Made by a program: the position numbers and the translations under genes. A stretch of 64,000 bases of DNA from an uncultured cyanobacterium (GTDB taxonomy: Bacteria; Cyanobacteriota; Cyanobacteriia; Leptolyngbyales; Leptolyngbyaceae), in contig CAVYAN010000012.1 of the NCBI GenBank assembly GCA_963766075.1, positions 37,507 to 101,506 on the forward strand, read 5' to 3'. How positions within the stretch are numbered: position 1 is the stretch's first letter; every line of letters starts with the position of its first letter. The notes beneath the pieces are model-generated. The model saw nothing but the letters and a program-made list of their open reading frames with translations. It was not told the DNA's origin and did not search any database. Below, in pieces: positions 10,731-21,862 of the stretch.

Positions 10731-12105
10731 CTAGACTACTCGGTTTTGCCGAATACACTCGGCGTACCAGTGAAAGCTGGCCTTGGGAATGCGCTGCTGG
10801 GTGGCATAGTCCACATAGGTGATGCCAAAGCGGCGAATCGTAGCCCCAGGCCCATTCAAAATTGTCTAGTAGGCTCCACAGGAAGTAGCCCTGAATCGGG
10901 TAGCCTTCGGCCACACCCCGGTGGACGGATTTCAAATATTGACGCAGGTAAAGGATGCGATCGCAGTCTAGCACTTCGCCCTGCGGCGTCACTTCATCGT
11001 CAGCGGCACAGCCATTTTCGGTAATTACCAGGGGCAAGTCGGGGCGGCCTAGGCGATCGCTGACATGCCGTGCCGCCCAATACAACGCCTCCGGCACCAA
11101 CCACAGCCACGGCATATGCAGCCGCGGATAGCCCTGGGGATAGTTGAGAAATTCAAACCCTTGGGCATTGTCGGCGGCCCGCACATAGGTACCGGTGTAG
11201 ATATTCAGTCCTAAGGCATCGAGGGGCTGATGGATGATCTCTAAATCTCCGGCTTGGATATTGGGGGCATCTGCGCCCAAATGCTCCAATAATTCGACAC
11301 TGTAAGCACCGGTAAGGGCGGGGAAAATAATGCCCCCATTGGTACCGCAAAGAGGCAAAGATCGCCAAGCTGCCGCAATATTTTCCGGGGATTCGCTCAG
11401 CGGCACGGGCACGGCGGGATTGTCTACGAGGGTGATTTTACAGGGCTGGGGCGTCGTGGCCCGAATCGCCTGACAGGCTAGGCCATGGGCTAGGAGGGCG
11501 TGGTGGGAGGTTTGCCAGGTGGCCTTGACGGTTTTGACACGGGTGCCGGGGGCGTGGGGCGGATCGTGGTTAACGGCGTAGCCCATGTGGGTAAAGCAGA
11601 CAATCTCATTGAGGGTCATCCAGTTGGAGATGCGATCGCCCAAATTTTGCACCACCACGGTCACATAATCGGCAAAGTCTTGGGCCATCTCGCGACTTTG
11701 CCAAGACCCATAGCGATCTTCCAAAGCTTGGGGACTGTCCCAATGAAATAGAGTGGCATGGGGTGTAATCCCAGCAGCCAGTAAGCCATCGACTAAGCGC
11801 TGATAAAAATCAATGCCTGCCTGATTAACCGCCCCGCGCCCGTCGGGAATAATTCGCGGCCAAGCAATGCTAAAGCGATAGTCGCGAATCCCCAGATCCA
11901 CCATTAATTGAATGTCATCGTGAAAGCGATGGTAGTGATCACAGGCGATCGCCCCTGTATCGCCATTGAGGACCTTGCCCGGTGTGGCGCTAAAGATATC
12001 CCATACGCTGGGCTGGCGACCTGCGGTAGTGGTAGCGCCTTCGATTTGATAAGCGGCGGTGGCGGCACCCCAGCGGAAGTCTGGGGGGAATTGGTAGGTG
12101 GACAT
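10731..12105 (-). CDS. GH1 beta-glucosidase; 1-nt insertion at about 10837 near the 3' end
   Basis: FRWGAATAAYQIEG, TLNE and ITENG catalytic motifs, WSLLDNFEW; removing one T restores RRFGITYVDYATQQRIPKASFHWY and a stop at 10731. Confidence 0.92.
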
Positions 12106-12425
12106 GAGGGCAGGCAGAATCAGGAGTAGAGGGTTGAGATAGACGGGGCCATTACGGGGCGAGAAGAGACAAAATGGGAGGTCCGTTAAAATCGGAGGTC
12201 GGTTCAGCGGATTTGTCTTAAGCGGATTTGTGTATACGGTAGGGCTTTATGGGGCGGGGGGCTTGGGAGCAGACGGATTGATCCGGCGTTTGTATTAAAA
12301 CTTCACGAGAACGTTAACTATTGCTGCGAACGGGTCCGCTGCGGGGGAGTTTTTTGGTAAATATTCTTACAAACTTACTCAGTTTGAACTCAGTTTGATT
12401 TAAGAACCAACGAAGGAGACGTCTC

Positions 12426-12689
12426 TTGCTAACCTCAACTGTTTTAGCTGCTGCCATGCCCCGTGGCACTGATTGGAATCTTAACGTCGCGATCATCATG
12501 GTGCTGTGTAATATCGTGGCGATCGCCTTGGCAAAATACACCGTTAACCCCAAAAACACGGGTGCAGAGTTGCCCTCCAGTAATCTGTTTGGTGGCTTTG
12601 GTTTAGGGGGAGTGCTGGGCATTACCTCCTTTGGCCACATTCTTGGGGCCGGCGTGATTTTGGGTCTGTCGAACATGGGTGTGATTTAA
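12426..12689 (+). CDS. psaK: photosystem I subunit PsaK
   Basis: MVLCNIVAIA...TSFGHILGAGVILGLSNMG. Confidence 0.93.
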   Translation: MLTSTVLAAAMPRGTDWNLNVAIIMVLCNIVAIALAKYTVNPKNTGAELPSSNLFGGFGLGGVLGITSFGHILGAGVILGLSNMGVI

Positions 12690-12732
12690 TCACGCCTAGA
12701 AATCTGGCAGGGCTAACCCCCTGCTGTCTATC

Positions 12733-12759
12733 AAAGCCAGGGAATGACTCCCTGGCTTT
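12733..12759 (+). terminator. intrinsic terminator-like hairpin after psaK
   Basis: AAAGCCAGGGA-ATGAC-TCCCTGGCTTT. Confidence 0.65.
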
Positions 12760-13916
12760 GTGCTGTCGTTGGAGGATCTGGGGTTGAGCGCAAGCCAAGT
12801 TTTAATTTTGGGCGGACAGGGGCGGATTGGCAGGCAGGTAGCGGCAGATATTGCTGCCCATACCCGCGCTGAAATTACTATTACGGGGCGTCAGCCCAGC
12901 GGAGTGCCGTTGCCGGAAAATCTGCGGTTCTTGGCGTTGGATTTGGCGGATCAAACAGCCCTGGAGCAGTGCATTCAGGCGATCGCCCCCTACGGCAGGG
13001 CGACTCCCCCCGCAATGTTGTAGTCCATTGTGCGGGACCCTTTCACTATCGGGACACGCGGGTTTTAGAAACGTGCATCGCGGCGGGCGTGAATTATGTC
13101 GATGTTAGCGATCATCCCTCCTACACCCGCAAGGCCATGGCCTGGAACACAGCAGCACAACAGGCGGGCATAACGGCGATCGTGAATACGGGGATATTTC
13201 CAGGAATTTCCAACAGCATGGTGCGGCAAACTGTGGAGCAACTGGATCAGGCCGAGCGGATTCACTTGAGCTATGTGGTGGGTGGGTCCGGTGGGGCAGG
13301 ATTGACGGTGATGCGGACGACATTTTTGGGGTTACAGCGCCCGTTTCAGGCGTGGTTGCAGGGCGATTGGCAAACGGTGGCTCCCTACAGTCAACGGGAA
13401 ACCATTGAATTTCCTGAACCTTACGGACGGACGGGAGTGTATTGGTTTGATATGCCCGAAACGTTTACCTTAGCGAGGACGTTTCCGGTGACTAGTGTGG
13501 TGACAAAGTTTGGTACGGTGCCGGATTTCTACAATTATTTGACCTGGAGTGTGGCGCGGGGTTGGCACCCGTGGCTGCTGCGCCAGTCGGCAGTGATTGA
13601 GTTTTTGTCGCGGGTGAGTTATGGCATGACCCAGGTGACCGATCGCTTTAGTGGGATTGGGGTGGCGATTCGTTCAGAAGTGACGGGGCTGAAAGACGGT
13701 CAGCCGTGGCAGTCGATCGCCACTCTGGTGCATCCGAATACGGCGATCGCCGCAGGCTACGGCACAGGCAGTGTGGTGGAATTGCTGCTGGCCGGTCGGT
13801 TAGACCAGCCGGGGGTCTGGTGTGTGGAAGCGGCCTTGCCGACGGACCTGTTTACGGAGACACTGCAAGCGCGCGGGGTGACACTGCACCTTTCAGAGCG
13901 GGCCGTCCCGGAGTAA
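12760..13916 (+). CDS. saccharopine dehydrogenase-like oxidoreductase, frameshifted at about 12985-13012
   Basis: VLILGGQGRIG in one frame; VVHCAGPF, YVDVSD and NTGIFPGISN in the next frame. Confidence 0.85.
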
Positions 13917-13941
13917 GACGCGGGCCGTCCCGGAGTAAGAC
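13898..13941 (+). repeat. perfect 22-bp tandem duplication spanning a stop codon
   Basis: GCGGGCCGTCCCGGAGTAAGAC x2. Confidence 0.9.
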
Positions 13942-14050
13942 AACATGCGAACCAGGGCAGAGCGGGCCGGATAGGCAATGATCCGTCTCCATAGAAATTA
14001 CCCCCACGTCTATCCACAACTTACAATAGGGTTAACCCGGTGCAGGAGAC

Positions 14051-14647
14051 GTGTACCCCATGACGATCGCCACCCAAAAACAATTGACGCTTGCGGAGTA
14101 TCTCGGCTATGACGATGGAACTGATGCCCGCTATGAACTGGTGGATGGGGTATTAGTCGAGATGGGTGCGGAATATCCGATTAACAGTACGATCATCAGC
14201 TTTCTATTTGCAGTGTTTCTCGGCATGGGGGTGCCTCATTATCGGTTAGCGATCGGGCATCAAATTGCAGTCAGTTCGACGAAGGCCACGGCTCGGCAAC
14301 CTGATTTGGTCGTGCATAGCGAGGCATCCGCCACGGCGATTCTCTCGGGGAGCCGCTTGCTGATGCCGGAGATGCCGGTACCGATGTTGGTGGTTGAAGT
14401 GGTTTCGAGTAGTGATACTGACCTCAAATCGAGAGACCGCGACTACACAGAAAAGCGGGTGGAATATGCGGCTCGGCAAATTCCAGAATATTGGATTGTT
14501 GATCCGATCGCGGCGATGGTATGGGTGTTAACGCTAGCCGGTGACGAATATGGCGAATCGGGTTTTACCGGAACGCAGAGGATTGTTTCACCAGGTTTTC
14601 CTAGCCTTAATCTGATGGCAGAACAGGTGCTGAAAGCGGGACGCTAG
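14051..14647 (+). CDS. Uma2 family endonuclease
   Basis: YELVDGVLVEM, RQPDL, LVVEVVS, KRVEYA..IPEYWIVDP. Confidence 0.92.
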   Translation: MYPMTIATQKQLTLAEYLGYDDGTDARYELVDGVLVEMGAEYPINSTIISFLFAVFLGMGVPHYRLAIGHQIAVSSTKATARQPDLVVHSEASATAILSGSRLLMPEMPVPMLVVEVVSSSDTDLKSRDRDYTEKRVEYAARQIPEYWIVDPIAAMVWVLTLAGDEYGESGFTGTQRIVSPGFPSLNLMAEQVLKAGR

Positions 14648-14728
14648 AGAAGCTTCTGGACGTCGCACTATTGGAGATCGATTGAAGATCGATGTAGGAT
14701 TTGCGTTCTACTGAAGCGTGGAGCGGCT

Positions 14729-15421
14729 TTATTCAGGCAGCGTGGCTTGCGTTTGGCTATGAATCACACTACTCCAGTCGTCGCTATGGGCAGCGGCCAA
14801 ATTTTGGCGTTGTTCTGCGTCTGACAGAGCCGCAGGGGCTGAAATAGCGGCAGGCTGGCTCAGGGTGTTATCCGCCATGGCTTTGCGGAGTTTCAGCTTT
14901 TTCTCTTCGTAGGCGGTGCGCTCGGCAGGGGACATGGCGGCTAAGGGGGTTTCGGTCCAAAGGTCGGCGCGATCGCCATTGCCCGGTGGTACCGCACCAT
15001 TTTCGGCAATCCACGCGGCTTGCAGATCGGCCATCACCTGACGCTGGGGAAATTTGAAGGGCTGGACGCGAACAAAGGCGCAAATGTCCGCTCCGAGCTG
15101 ATTCAGATGCCCTTTTACGGATAGGGCGACGTTGCGGGAAATATTGACGTAGTGGAGTTGGCGATCGTGATCCCATACGGCATAGACTCCGGCAATTTTG
15201 GCGGTGCCGACAATTTCGCACCACGTGGCGAGGGGCACGATGCGATCGGCCATGCTGTCTACGGTCAGCGTGGCGCTGTCTGAAACGGTGTGATCATCCC
15301 CGTTGCCATAGAGAAAATCATGTAACCCTCGATGTTCAACGGGGACGTTTTGATGCTCAAGTTTCAGGTCTGGGGCGGTTTCTGGCGCAGCTTTAGCCGT
15401 CTGTGGGGTGGATTCGAGCAT
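14729..15421 (-). CDS. GIY-YIG-like domain hypothetical protein
   Basis: AGVYAVWD...LHYVNISRN, VPPGN. Confidence 0.65.
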   Translation of the reverse strand: MLESTPQTAKAAPETAPDLKLEHQNVPVEHRGLHDFLYGNGDDHTVSDSATLTVDSMADRIVPLATWCEIVGTAKIAGVYAVWDHDRQLHYVNISRNVALSVKGHLNQLGADICAFVRVQPFKFPQRQVMADLQAAWIAENGAVPPGNGDRADLWTETPLAAMSPAERTAYEEKKLKLRKAMADNTLSQPAAISAPAALSDAEQRQNLAAAHSDDWSSVIHSQTQATLPE

Positions 15422-15585
15422 GCGTACTCCTAGGGCAATAGCCAATAAACTCAGAACAATCGGCAAAGGGCGCGATCGCCACGCCCCTTACTGTACTGCA
15501 AATCGGTTGGCAGGGCGGTGGCACACCAACCGGGCGTGGAGCCACGCAGAAGCCCACGCTGAGTGCCACACCCGTTGGCGGTGAT

Positions 15586-16113
15586 TTAGCGATTGCTGAG
15601 GAATTTGCTCGCCATGCCAAGGGCATCGCCGAGGTCAACATCCCCGTCGTGATCGCCGTCTAAAAAGGCATTCAGGACAGGGTTACCGACTGGAGCATTG
15701 CCTACAGCGGCGCTGTCTGTGGGCGCACCCGTTTGCAAAAATTGCAGGGCGAGGGGAATCAGGGTCGGCAGTAGTCCTTCAATAGTCTGTGGATCCAGCC
15801 CGGTGCGCCCGATGAGTTCCTGGACGACTTGCTGCTGCATGACGGGTGTTAACAGGGCTTGGACCGCCTGGGGATTGGCCGCCGCACCGCCGAATTGATT
15901 GACGAGGGTTTGGGCATGGTCTGGGCCTGCTTCCCGTAGGGACGATTGCAGGTAGCCCCCCACCACAGAGAGCATGGCTTGGGTCGCATCGGACCCGCCA
16001 CCATGGCTGCCACTCATGGCTTGGACGGCATTAAAAATTGTGCCCAGTTGTTCCATGCTGCCTTGTTGGGCGGGATTGGCCACCGCACCCAAAACTTGAT
16101 CCAGTAATCCCAT
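15586..16113 (-). CDS. DUF937-like protein with a C-terminal EF-hand-like DxDxDG motif
   Basis: MGLLDQVLGA...NPVLNAFLDGDHDGDVDLGD. Confidence 0.7.
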   Translation of the reverse strand: MGLLDQVLGAVANPAQQGSMEQLGTIFNAVQAMSGSHGGGSDATQAMLSVVGGYLQSSLREAGPDHAQTLVNQFGGAAANPQAVQALLTPVMQQQVVQELIGRTGLDPQTIEGLLPTLIPLALQFLQTGAPTDSAAVGNAPVGNPVLNAFLDGDHDGDVDLGDALGMASKFLSNR

Positions 16114-16340
16114 ATGTTTGCGTTCCCTAGATTTCTAAGTGGATGTGGTTGCTCAGAGATGGTTGCTCAGAGATGATTGCTCAGTGGACATAATTCTTGG
16201 CTGGACGCAAGAAATAATCCCACGGAAAGCGGCGATTAGACAATGGGAAGCGGGGGGGAGAGGTGGGGAAGGGAGTGGGGTATGCGGGCGCGCCTACCAT
16301 CCTGGGGCAGTGGAACTGTGTGACGGCCTCAAAGACGGCC

Positions 16341-16880
16341 TCAAATTTTTTCCCTGGCACCCGTGGGAATCAGGTAAATGGCACCGGAAACCCAGGTCAA
16401 GAGGACGGCAATCCAAAAAATGATTTGAGTGGTTAAATGCCAATTGGGACTGAGGGGGGCAATTAAGAGCGCGATCGCCGCGATCTGAACCACGGTTTTG
16501 ATTTTGCCCCAGAGGTTGGCCCCAGAAATGCTGGCGGTGCCTTGTAGGGCGGGGTTGACGCGCCAGCCTGCGATGGTTAACTCCCGCGCCAGGATGAGAA
16601 ATACGCCCCAAGCGGGAACTTGGCCCAGTTCGACCAGGGCCATCAGGGGAGCCATGACCAGCAGCTTATCGACCAGGGGATCGAGAAATTTGCCCAGGTC
16701 CGTGACTTGATTCAATTTACGAGCGAGATAGCCGTCTAGCCAGTCGGTGCCTGCGGCCAGAAGAAATACCCCCAGGGCAAACCCGCGATCGCCGTCGGTA
16801 GGGGGATGACCGCGCAGTCCGTACAGAGTTAAGGGCACGGCGAGCAGGCGGGAGAGGGTGATCCAAGTGGGCAAATTCAT
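16341..16880 (-). CDS. pgsA: CDP-diacylglycerol--glycerol-3-phosphate 3-phosphatidyltransferase
   Basis: MNLPTWITLSR, TDWLDGYLARKLNQVTDLGKFLDPLVDK. Confidence 0.95.
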   Translation of the reverse strand: MNLPTWITLSRLLAVPLTLYGLRGHPPTDGDRGFALGVFLLAAGTDWLDGYLARKLNQVTDLGKFLDPLVDKLLVMAPLMALVELGQVPAWGVFLILARELTIAGWRVNPALQGTASISGANLWGKIKTVVQIAAIALLIAPLSPNWHLTTQIIFWIAVLLTWVSGAIYLIPTGAREKI

Positions 16881-17004
16881 GGGCAGTTTTGAGATGAAGG
16901 CAAAGAATGGCAGCGGGCGAATCAGCCAGCGGGGAGCGAATCAGGTACATTAAAATAGCGGGTACTGAAAAATCGTTGCTAGAGTCGTTCGCTGGGGGCA
17001 AGGC

Positions 17005-18840
17005 ATGAGCAAACCCGTCGTGATATGCGTGGACGATGAACCGACCGTTCTCGATAGTCTCAAGATTGAATTGCGACGAGCCCTGGGGGATCAGTGTTTG
17101 ATTGAGACGGCGGCGGGGGCAGCGGAAGCCCTGGAGCTGCTGGCTGAGTTGCAGCAAGAACAGTATGACGTGGCGGTGGTGGTTGCCGATTATATTATGC
17201 CGGGGATGCGGGGGGATGAATTACTGAGGCAGGTGCATTTGCGATCGCCCACGACCCTGACGATTATGCTGAGTGGACAGGCCGATTTGGAGGCAGTGAG
17301 CAATACCATCCGCTACACTCAGCTCTATCGCTACTTGAGCAAGCCGTGGCAATCGGAAGATCTCAGGCTGACGGTGGGGGAAGCGGTGCGCAGCTATGGG
17401 AAAACTCGACAGTTGGATGTGCAGGAGCGGCAACTGCGGCAATTGAATCAGGAACTGGCGCGATCGGTGCAGGAATTGCATCAGGTTGAGGCGGTGTTGC
17501 AGCAGCAGGCGCAGCAGGAAAAAGTTTTGAACCAACTGGTGCAGGCGATTCGTCAGTCCCTAGAATTGTCTACGGTATTTTCGACGGCGGTGAATGAGGT
17601 GGGACGGGCGTTGCAGGCGGACCGGACCACAATTTTGCACTATCGACCGGACCAGCAAGACTGGCTGATAGTGGCGGATTATTGTTGCGATGCAGCGGAG
17701 CCCAGTCGGGTGGGTACCCGGATTCCGGATCAGGGCAATCCCGTGATGGCTCGCCTGAAGCAGTTTGAAATTGTGCAAGTAGAGGATCCCCATTTGGCGT
17801 CGGAACCGCTGATTCGCCACTTGGCCCAAGAGTATCCGGGCCGTTGGCTGGTGGTGCCCCTAGAGATCCAGGCCCAGGATCGACAAATTTGGGGAAGCCT
17901 AGGGCTATCTCGGACCGATGATCAAGCTCCCTGGCAGAACTGGGAGGTGGAACTGGTGCGGGCGATCGCCGATTCCTTGGAGATCGCCATTCAACAGTCG
18001 CAACTCTATGCCCAGGTGAAGGCACTCAATGCGTCCCTAGAGCAACAGGTTCAGGACCGCACGGCTCAACTGGAAGCCAGCCTGCAATCCATTCAGGATC
18101 TGAGCCAATTGAAGGATGACTTTCTCCATGCCGTTTCCCATGATCTGCGGATCCCGATTACGGGAATGGTGCTGGTGCTCAAAAACTTCTTGGCGAAAGC
18201 GGCGGATTCGGTCACGGTTTCGCGATCGATTTTGGAGCGGATGGTGGACAGCGGAGAACGCCAGCTCCAAATGCTGGATTCACTGCTGGAAGCCCATTTT
18301 AGTGATTTGCATGGCATTCCTTTGCAGCGAGAGTCGATGAATTTGGGCCAATTGGTGGCGGCTGTTGGCCAGGATTTAGCGCCGCTGGTGGGCCAAAATC
18401 AAGCGACCTTACGCAACCGGGTGCCGCTGGATCTGCCGATGGTCTATGCAGATTCCTTACAAATTCGACGGGTGTTGGAAAATCTGATCTCAAATGCGCT
18501 GAAGCATAATCCTCCTGGGGTGGAGCTGGTGCTGGAGGCGGGGGCGATTGGGGCCATGGGGGCCGGGGATGGCCGGGGGGCTTGGGTGCGCTGTGATCTG
18601 CGGGATAATGGGGCGGGAATGGACTCGGCTGAGGGGGCGGAGTTGTTTAATCGTTACCGCCGTGGACAGCGCGGGCGGCGATCGCAGGGCATTGGGTTAG
18701 GACTCTATCTGTGTCGGCAAATCATTACGGCCCATGGGGGTGACATTGGGGTCAGTACGGCTCTCGGGCAAGGCTCCACGTTCTGGTTTACCCTGCCAGT
18801 GCAACCGACAACGGCAAAACCATTGCCGACTCGAACTTGA
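17005..18840 (+). CDS. hybrid sensor histidine kinase (REC-GAF-HisKA-HATPase)
   Basis: VICVDDE/DYIMPGMRG receiver, GAF, VSHDLR H-box, NLISNALKH, GIGLGL. Confidence 0.92.
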   Translation: MSKPVVICVDDEPTVLDSLKIELRRALGDQCLIETAAGAAEALELLAELQQEQYDVAVVVADYIMPGMRGDELLRQVHLRSPTTLTIMLSGQADLEAVSNTIRYTQLYRYLSKPWQSEDLRLTVGEAVRSYGKTRQLDVQERQLRQLNQELARSVQELHQVEAVLQQQAQQEKVLNQLVQAIRQSLELSTVFSTAVNEVGRALQADRTTILHYRPDQQDWLIVADYCCDAAEPSRVGTRIPDQGNPVMARLKQFEIVQVEDPHLASEPLIRHLAQEYPGRWLVVPLEIQAQDRQIWGSLGLSRTDDQAPWQNWEVELVRAIADSLEIAIQQSQLYAQVKALNASLEQQVQDRTAQLEASLQSIQDLSQLKDDFLHAVSHDLRIPITGMVLVLKNFLAKAADSVTVSRSILERMVDSGERQLQMLDSLLEAHFSDLHGIPLQRESMNLGQLVAAVGQDLAPLVGQNQATLRNRVPLDLPMVYADSLQIRRVLENLISNALKHNPPGVELVLEAGAIGAMGAGDGRGAWVRCDLRDNGAGMDSAEGAELFNRYRRGQRGRRSQGIGLGLYLCRQIITAHGGDIGVSTALGQGSTFWFTLPVQPTTAKPLPTRT

Positions 18841-19031
18841 TTATTTCTAGGGGGAGTAGGCGATTTTGATCATTTTCTGGTGCGGGTTCAGGAACTGGAT
18901 GCCCTCGGGGTGATTCTACTGTAATGATTCTGTGGAAATGATTCTGTGGATTAGAGGGCGGCTTTGGCCCTGTCACTTCTGATTGCCCTAGAATCAGGCC
19001 AGCTCATCCAGCCCTGTAAGGTACGTTTCCT

Positions 19032-20249
19032 ATGCGAATACTGGTCCCAACCCTGCTCTCCACTCCCCTGTTGGCGATCGCCGTTGCCGCCCTTCCCCTC
19101 ACTGCCGCGCCGCCGCCCACGGGCTCGGAACAGGTGGCCGCCTTTATGCAAGCCCAGCGATCGCAGTTGGCCACGTCTGCAAAAACCCGCGCGGCCCTGG
19201 ATGCCCTCTGCCACCAGCGGGACTGCGATGCCTCTGGCCTGTTCTGGTATACCGACTGGGATGCGGCCAAAGCCGCTGCCCAGGCCAGTGGTAAACCGAT
19301 TTTGTCCCTGCGCCTGCTGGGCAATCTGGATGAAGATTTGAGCTGTGCCAATAGCCGCTTTTTCCGGGTGGCGCTGTATCCCAATTTGGCGGTGCGCCAA
19401 ATGCTGCGCGATCGCTACATTCTGCACTGGCAGTCGGTGCGGCCCGTGCCCAAAGTCACCGTGGATTTTGGCGATGGCCGCAAGCTGGAGCGGACCCTCA
19501 CGGGCAATAGCATTCACTACATCACCACGCCCACGGGAGAACCGATTGAGGCCCTACCGGGACTCTACGGTCCCCAGGCGTTTTTGCGGCACCTGGAACA
19601 GGCGGCAACAGCCGTGCGGAATTACCAGGCGCAGCCCGAGGCCGATCGCCGTCGGTTCCTGGAAGCGTATCACCGCGATCGCCTCATGGCCTTGCAAACC
19701 CAGTGGGCCAAGGACTTGCAGGCTATTGGGGCCAAACCGCCTGTTTTGGCGAGTCTCACGCCCAGTGCCAATGCCCCCAGCGCGATTGATGCGGGCCGGA
19801 TTGCTGTCAGTAAGGCCATGGTCGAGAGTCCCTTGGTGATGGCGGCGCGATCGGCGGCGAATCAGAATCAAACGGCCCTGACCGAAATTACGGATGCGGC
19901 CACGTGGGCCAAGCTGGCGGCGCGCTATGCGGGGGATGCCCAGCTTGATGCCAACAGTCGCCAGTTGATGCAACGCAAAACCGGGGCCAAGACCGCCGCC
20001 GCCCTTGCCGCCACGGTTCAAGCCTTTGAAGCCAGTATGGCCCTGGATAGCATTCGCAATGAGTATCTGCTTCACAGTCAGTTGCACCAGTGGTTTATTG
20101 CGGGCCCGATCGCCGGGACAGGCAGTCTGGAGCAGTTGAATGCGCGGGTGTATGCCCAACTGTTTTTAACGCCCGATCGCGATCCCTGGTTGGGACTGGT
20201 GGGGCCGGAGAGTTTTTCGGCGATCGAGGGCGATGGCATTCGGCAGTAA
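19032..20249 (+). CDS. exported hypothetical protein with a thioredoxin-like N-terminal region
   Basis: Signal-like N-terminus; WYTDWDAAKAAAQASGKPIL, SCANSR. Confidence 0.65.
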   Translation: MRILVPTLLSTPLLAIAVAALPLTAAPPPTGSEQVAAFMQAQRSQLATSAKTRAALDALCHQRDCDASGLFWYTDWDAAKAAAQASGKPILSLRLLGNLDEDLSCANSRFFRVALYPNLAVRQMLRDRYILHWQSVRPVPKVTVDFGDGRKLERTLTGNSIHYITTPTGEPIEALPGLYGPQAFLRHLEQAATAVRNYQAQPEADRRRFLEAYHRDRLMALQTQWAKDLQAIGAKPPVLASLTPSANAPSAIDAGRIAVSKAMVESPLVMAARSAANQNQTALTEITDAATWAKLAARYAGDAQLDANSRQLMQRKTGAKTAAALAATVQAFEASMALDSIRNEYLLHSQLHQWFIAGPIAGTGSLEQLNARVYAQLFLTPDRDPWLGLVGPESFSAIEGDGIRQ

Positions 20250-20328
20250 GCCCATTTAGATTCCCGGCATCTGGAGCACTCCCGGTTATTCCGACAAATT
20301 CATCGGTGTTAGAGTAAACCCAATCCTG

Positions 20329-20607
20329 ATGAAATCTGACCCCATGCCCAGACAACTTACGATCGCCCAAGCGCAACAACAATTGCCGAACTTCCCCAAC
20401 GATCTCACCGACGAACCCATTATCATCACCCAAGATGGTGTTCCGGTCATCGCGGCCCTTAGCTATGTCCACCTCGCCGAATTGCTCGAAACTTTAGATA
20501 TTCTCACTGACACGGAATTTGTCACGAAGCTGCGCCAAAGCATGCTTCAGTCAACAGAAGGCAACACCATTGATTGGGAGAGCGCCAAAGTCCAACTGGG
20601 ATTATGA
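20329..20607 (+). CDS. Phd/YefM family antitoxin
   Basis: LTIAQAQQQL...PIIITQDGVPV...LLETLDIL; overlaps the toxin start. Confidence 0.85.
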   Translation: MKSDPMPRQLTIAQAQQQLPNFPNDLTDEPIIITQDGVPVIAALSYVHLAELLETLDILTDTEFVTKLRQSMLQSTEGNTIDWESAKVQLGL

Positions 20608-20927
20608 GCGAGGCAAATCCGATTGCATACCAAATTCAACTCACAGCCTTGGCCCTAGAAATGCTGGCTGCGGTTAAAGATCGGCGAGAGCAAGAAAAAC
20701 TGGGCGATCGCATTGACCAACTCAAAAGCGAACCTGAAAAACAAGGTAAAGCTTTGTTAGACAACCTTTCTGGCTTTCGCAGCATTCGAGCGGTTGGGCA
20801 GCGCTATCGCATCGTCTATAAGGTTGAGTCAGAGCGAGTCCTGGTTTTAGTCGTGGGCATTGGCAGGCGCAAGGATGGCGACAAAAAAGATATTTACACC
20901 GTGCTGGCAAAATTAATGGGCGAGTAA
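20604..20927 (+). CDS. RelE/ParE family toxin
   Basis: GKALLDNLSGFRSIRAVGQRYRIVYKV. Confidence 0.88.
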   Translation: MSEANPIAYQIQLTALALEMLAAVKDRREQEKLGDRIDQLKSEPEKQGKALLDNLSGFRSIRAVGQRYRIVYKVESERVLVLVVGIGRRKDGDKKDIYTVLAKLMGE

Positions 20928-20973
20928 AGATCGCCGGGGATCTGGAGAAGCGCCGTGATAGGTATGGCGCTTT

Positions 20974-21840
20974 ATGCCTCGCCAACCGCGTCAACTCAAA
21001 CCTGCCTTGTGCTATCACATTACGCTGCGCTGCAACAATCGCGAGTTTCGCCTGACCCGCTTTGAATGTCGGGAAGTGTTGCTGTATGCGATTCAGAAAT
21101 ACCGGAATCGATACGGCTTTAAGCTCTATGCGCTGTGCATCATGAGCAATCATGTGCATTATCTCCTGGAGCCGTTGCAGCCAGAGGATTTGCCTAAAAT
21201 CATGCAGGGGTTGAACTGGTATACCGCCATGTGTTTTAACCGCATGCAGAACCGGACGGGCCACTTTTGGGAGAAGCGGTATCACAGTACGGCGGTGCCG
21301 AATGGGGATCATCGCCGGGTGCTGAATACACTGCGGTATATTCACGGCAATCCCAAGGCGGCCCAGATGCAGCAGGGCTGGTTTTATGACTTTAGCAACT
21401 ACGGCACCTATGATCGCCTGACGGATGATGGCCTGACCCAGTGGCATCCGGCGTTTTTGGCGTTGGGGACGACGCTGGATATTTGTGCGGCGGCCTATCG
21501 CAAGTTTTGTCAGAAGTATCGTCCGATGCCCAAGTCGGAGCGGCGGAGCCACTGGGGAAGCAAGCTGTTAGCGAAGCTGAAGACCAAGGGCAAGCCCAAG
21601 AAAGTAAGTCCAGGGCAAAAGAGTTTGTGGGAGGAGTGGGAGGCACCGATGGCGGAAATTGAGGAGGTGGCGGAAAAGTTTGTGCGGGCGAATGCCTATA
21701 ACCCGGAGATTGCCAGCCTACAATTTAGTTCGTCTAAATTTTATTCCGAAAATGAGCTGGAGGCGATGGGGCGGTGCCAGGTACCGGATCCTGAAAATGC
21801 CGATTCCAGGGTCGATTCAGACCCAGGTGAAAATCTTTAA
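20974..21840 (+). CDS. REP-associated Y1 (HUH) tyrosine transposase, RAYT-like
   Basis: YHITLRCNNR, MSNHVH (HUH), GHFWEKRY, YIHGNP (catalytic Tyr). Confidence 0.88.
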   Translation: MPRQPRQLKPALCYHITLRCNNREFRLTRFECREVLLYAIQKYRNRYGFKLYALCIMSNHVHYLLEPLQPEDLPKIMQGLNWYTAMCFNRMQNRTGHFWEKRYHSTAVPNGDHRRVLNTLRYIHGNPKAAQMQQGWFYDFSNYGTYDRLTDDGLTQWHPAFLALGTTLDICAAAYRKFCQKYRPMPKSERRSHWGSKLLAKLKTKGKPKKVSPGQKSLWEEWEAPMAEIEEVAEKFVRANAYNPEIASLQFSSSKFYSENELEAMGRCQVPDPENADSRVDSDPGENL

Positions 21841-21862
21841 AAACGGCTAAGAGCCAGACGTG

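Noticed and set aside
9502..12105. Novel 867-aa GH1-ChaN fusion protein
   Set aside because: A single extra base at about 10837 bypasses the natural GH1 stop at 10731; these are two ordinary genes.
17005..18840. Cyanobacteriochrome photoreceptor
   Set aside because: The GAF domain lacks the recognisable chromophore-binding CH/DXCF motifs.
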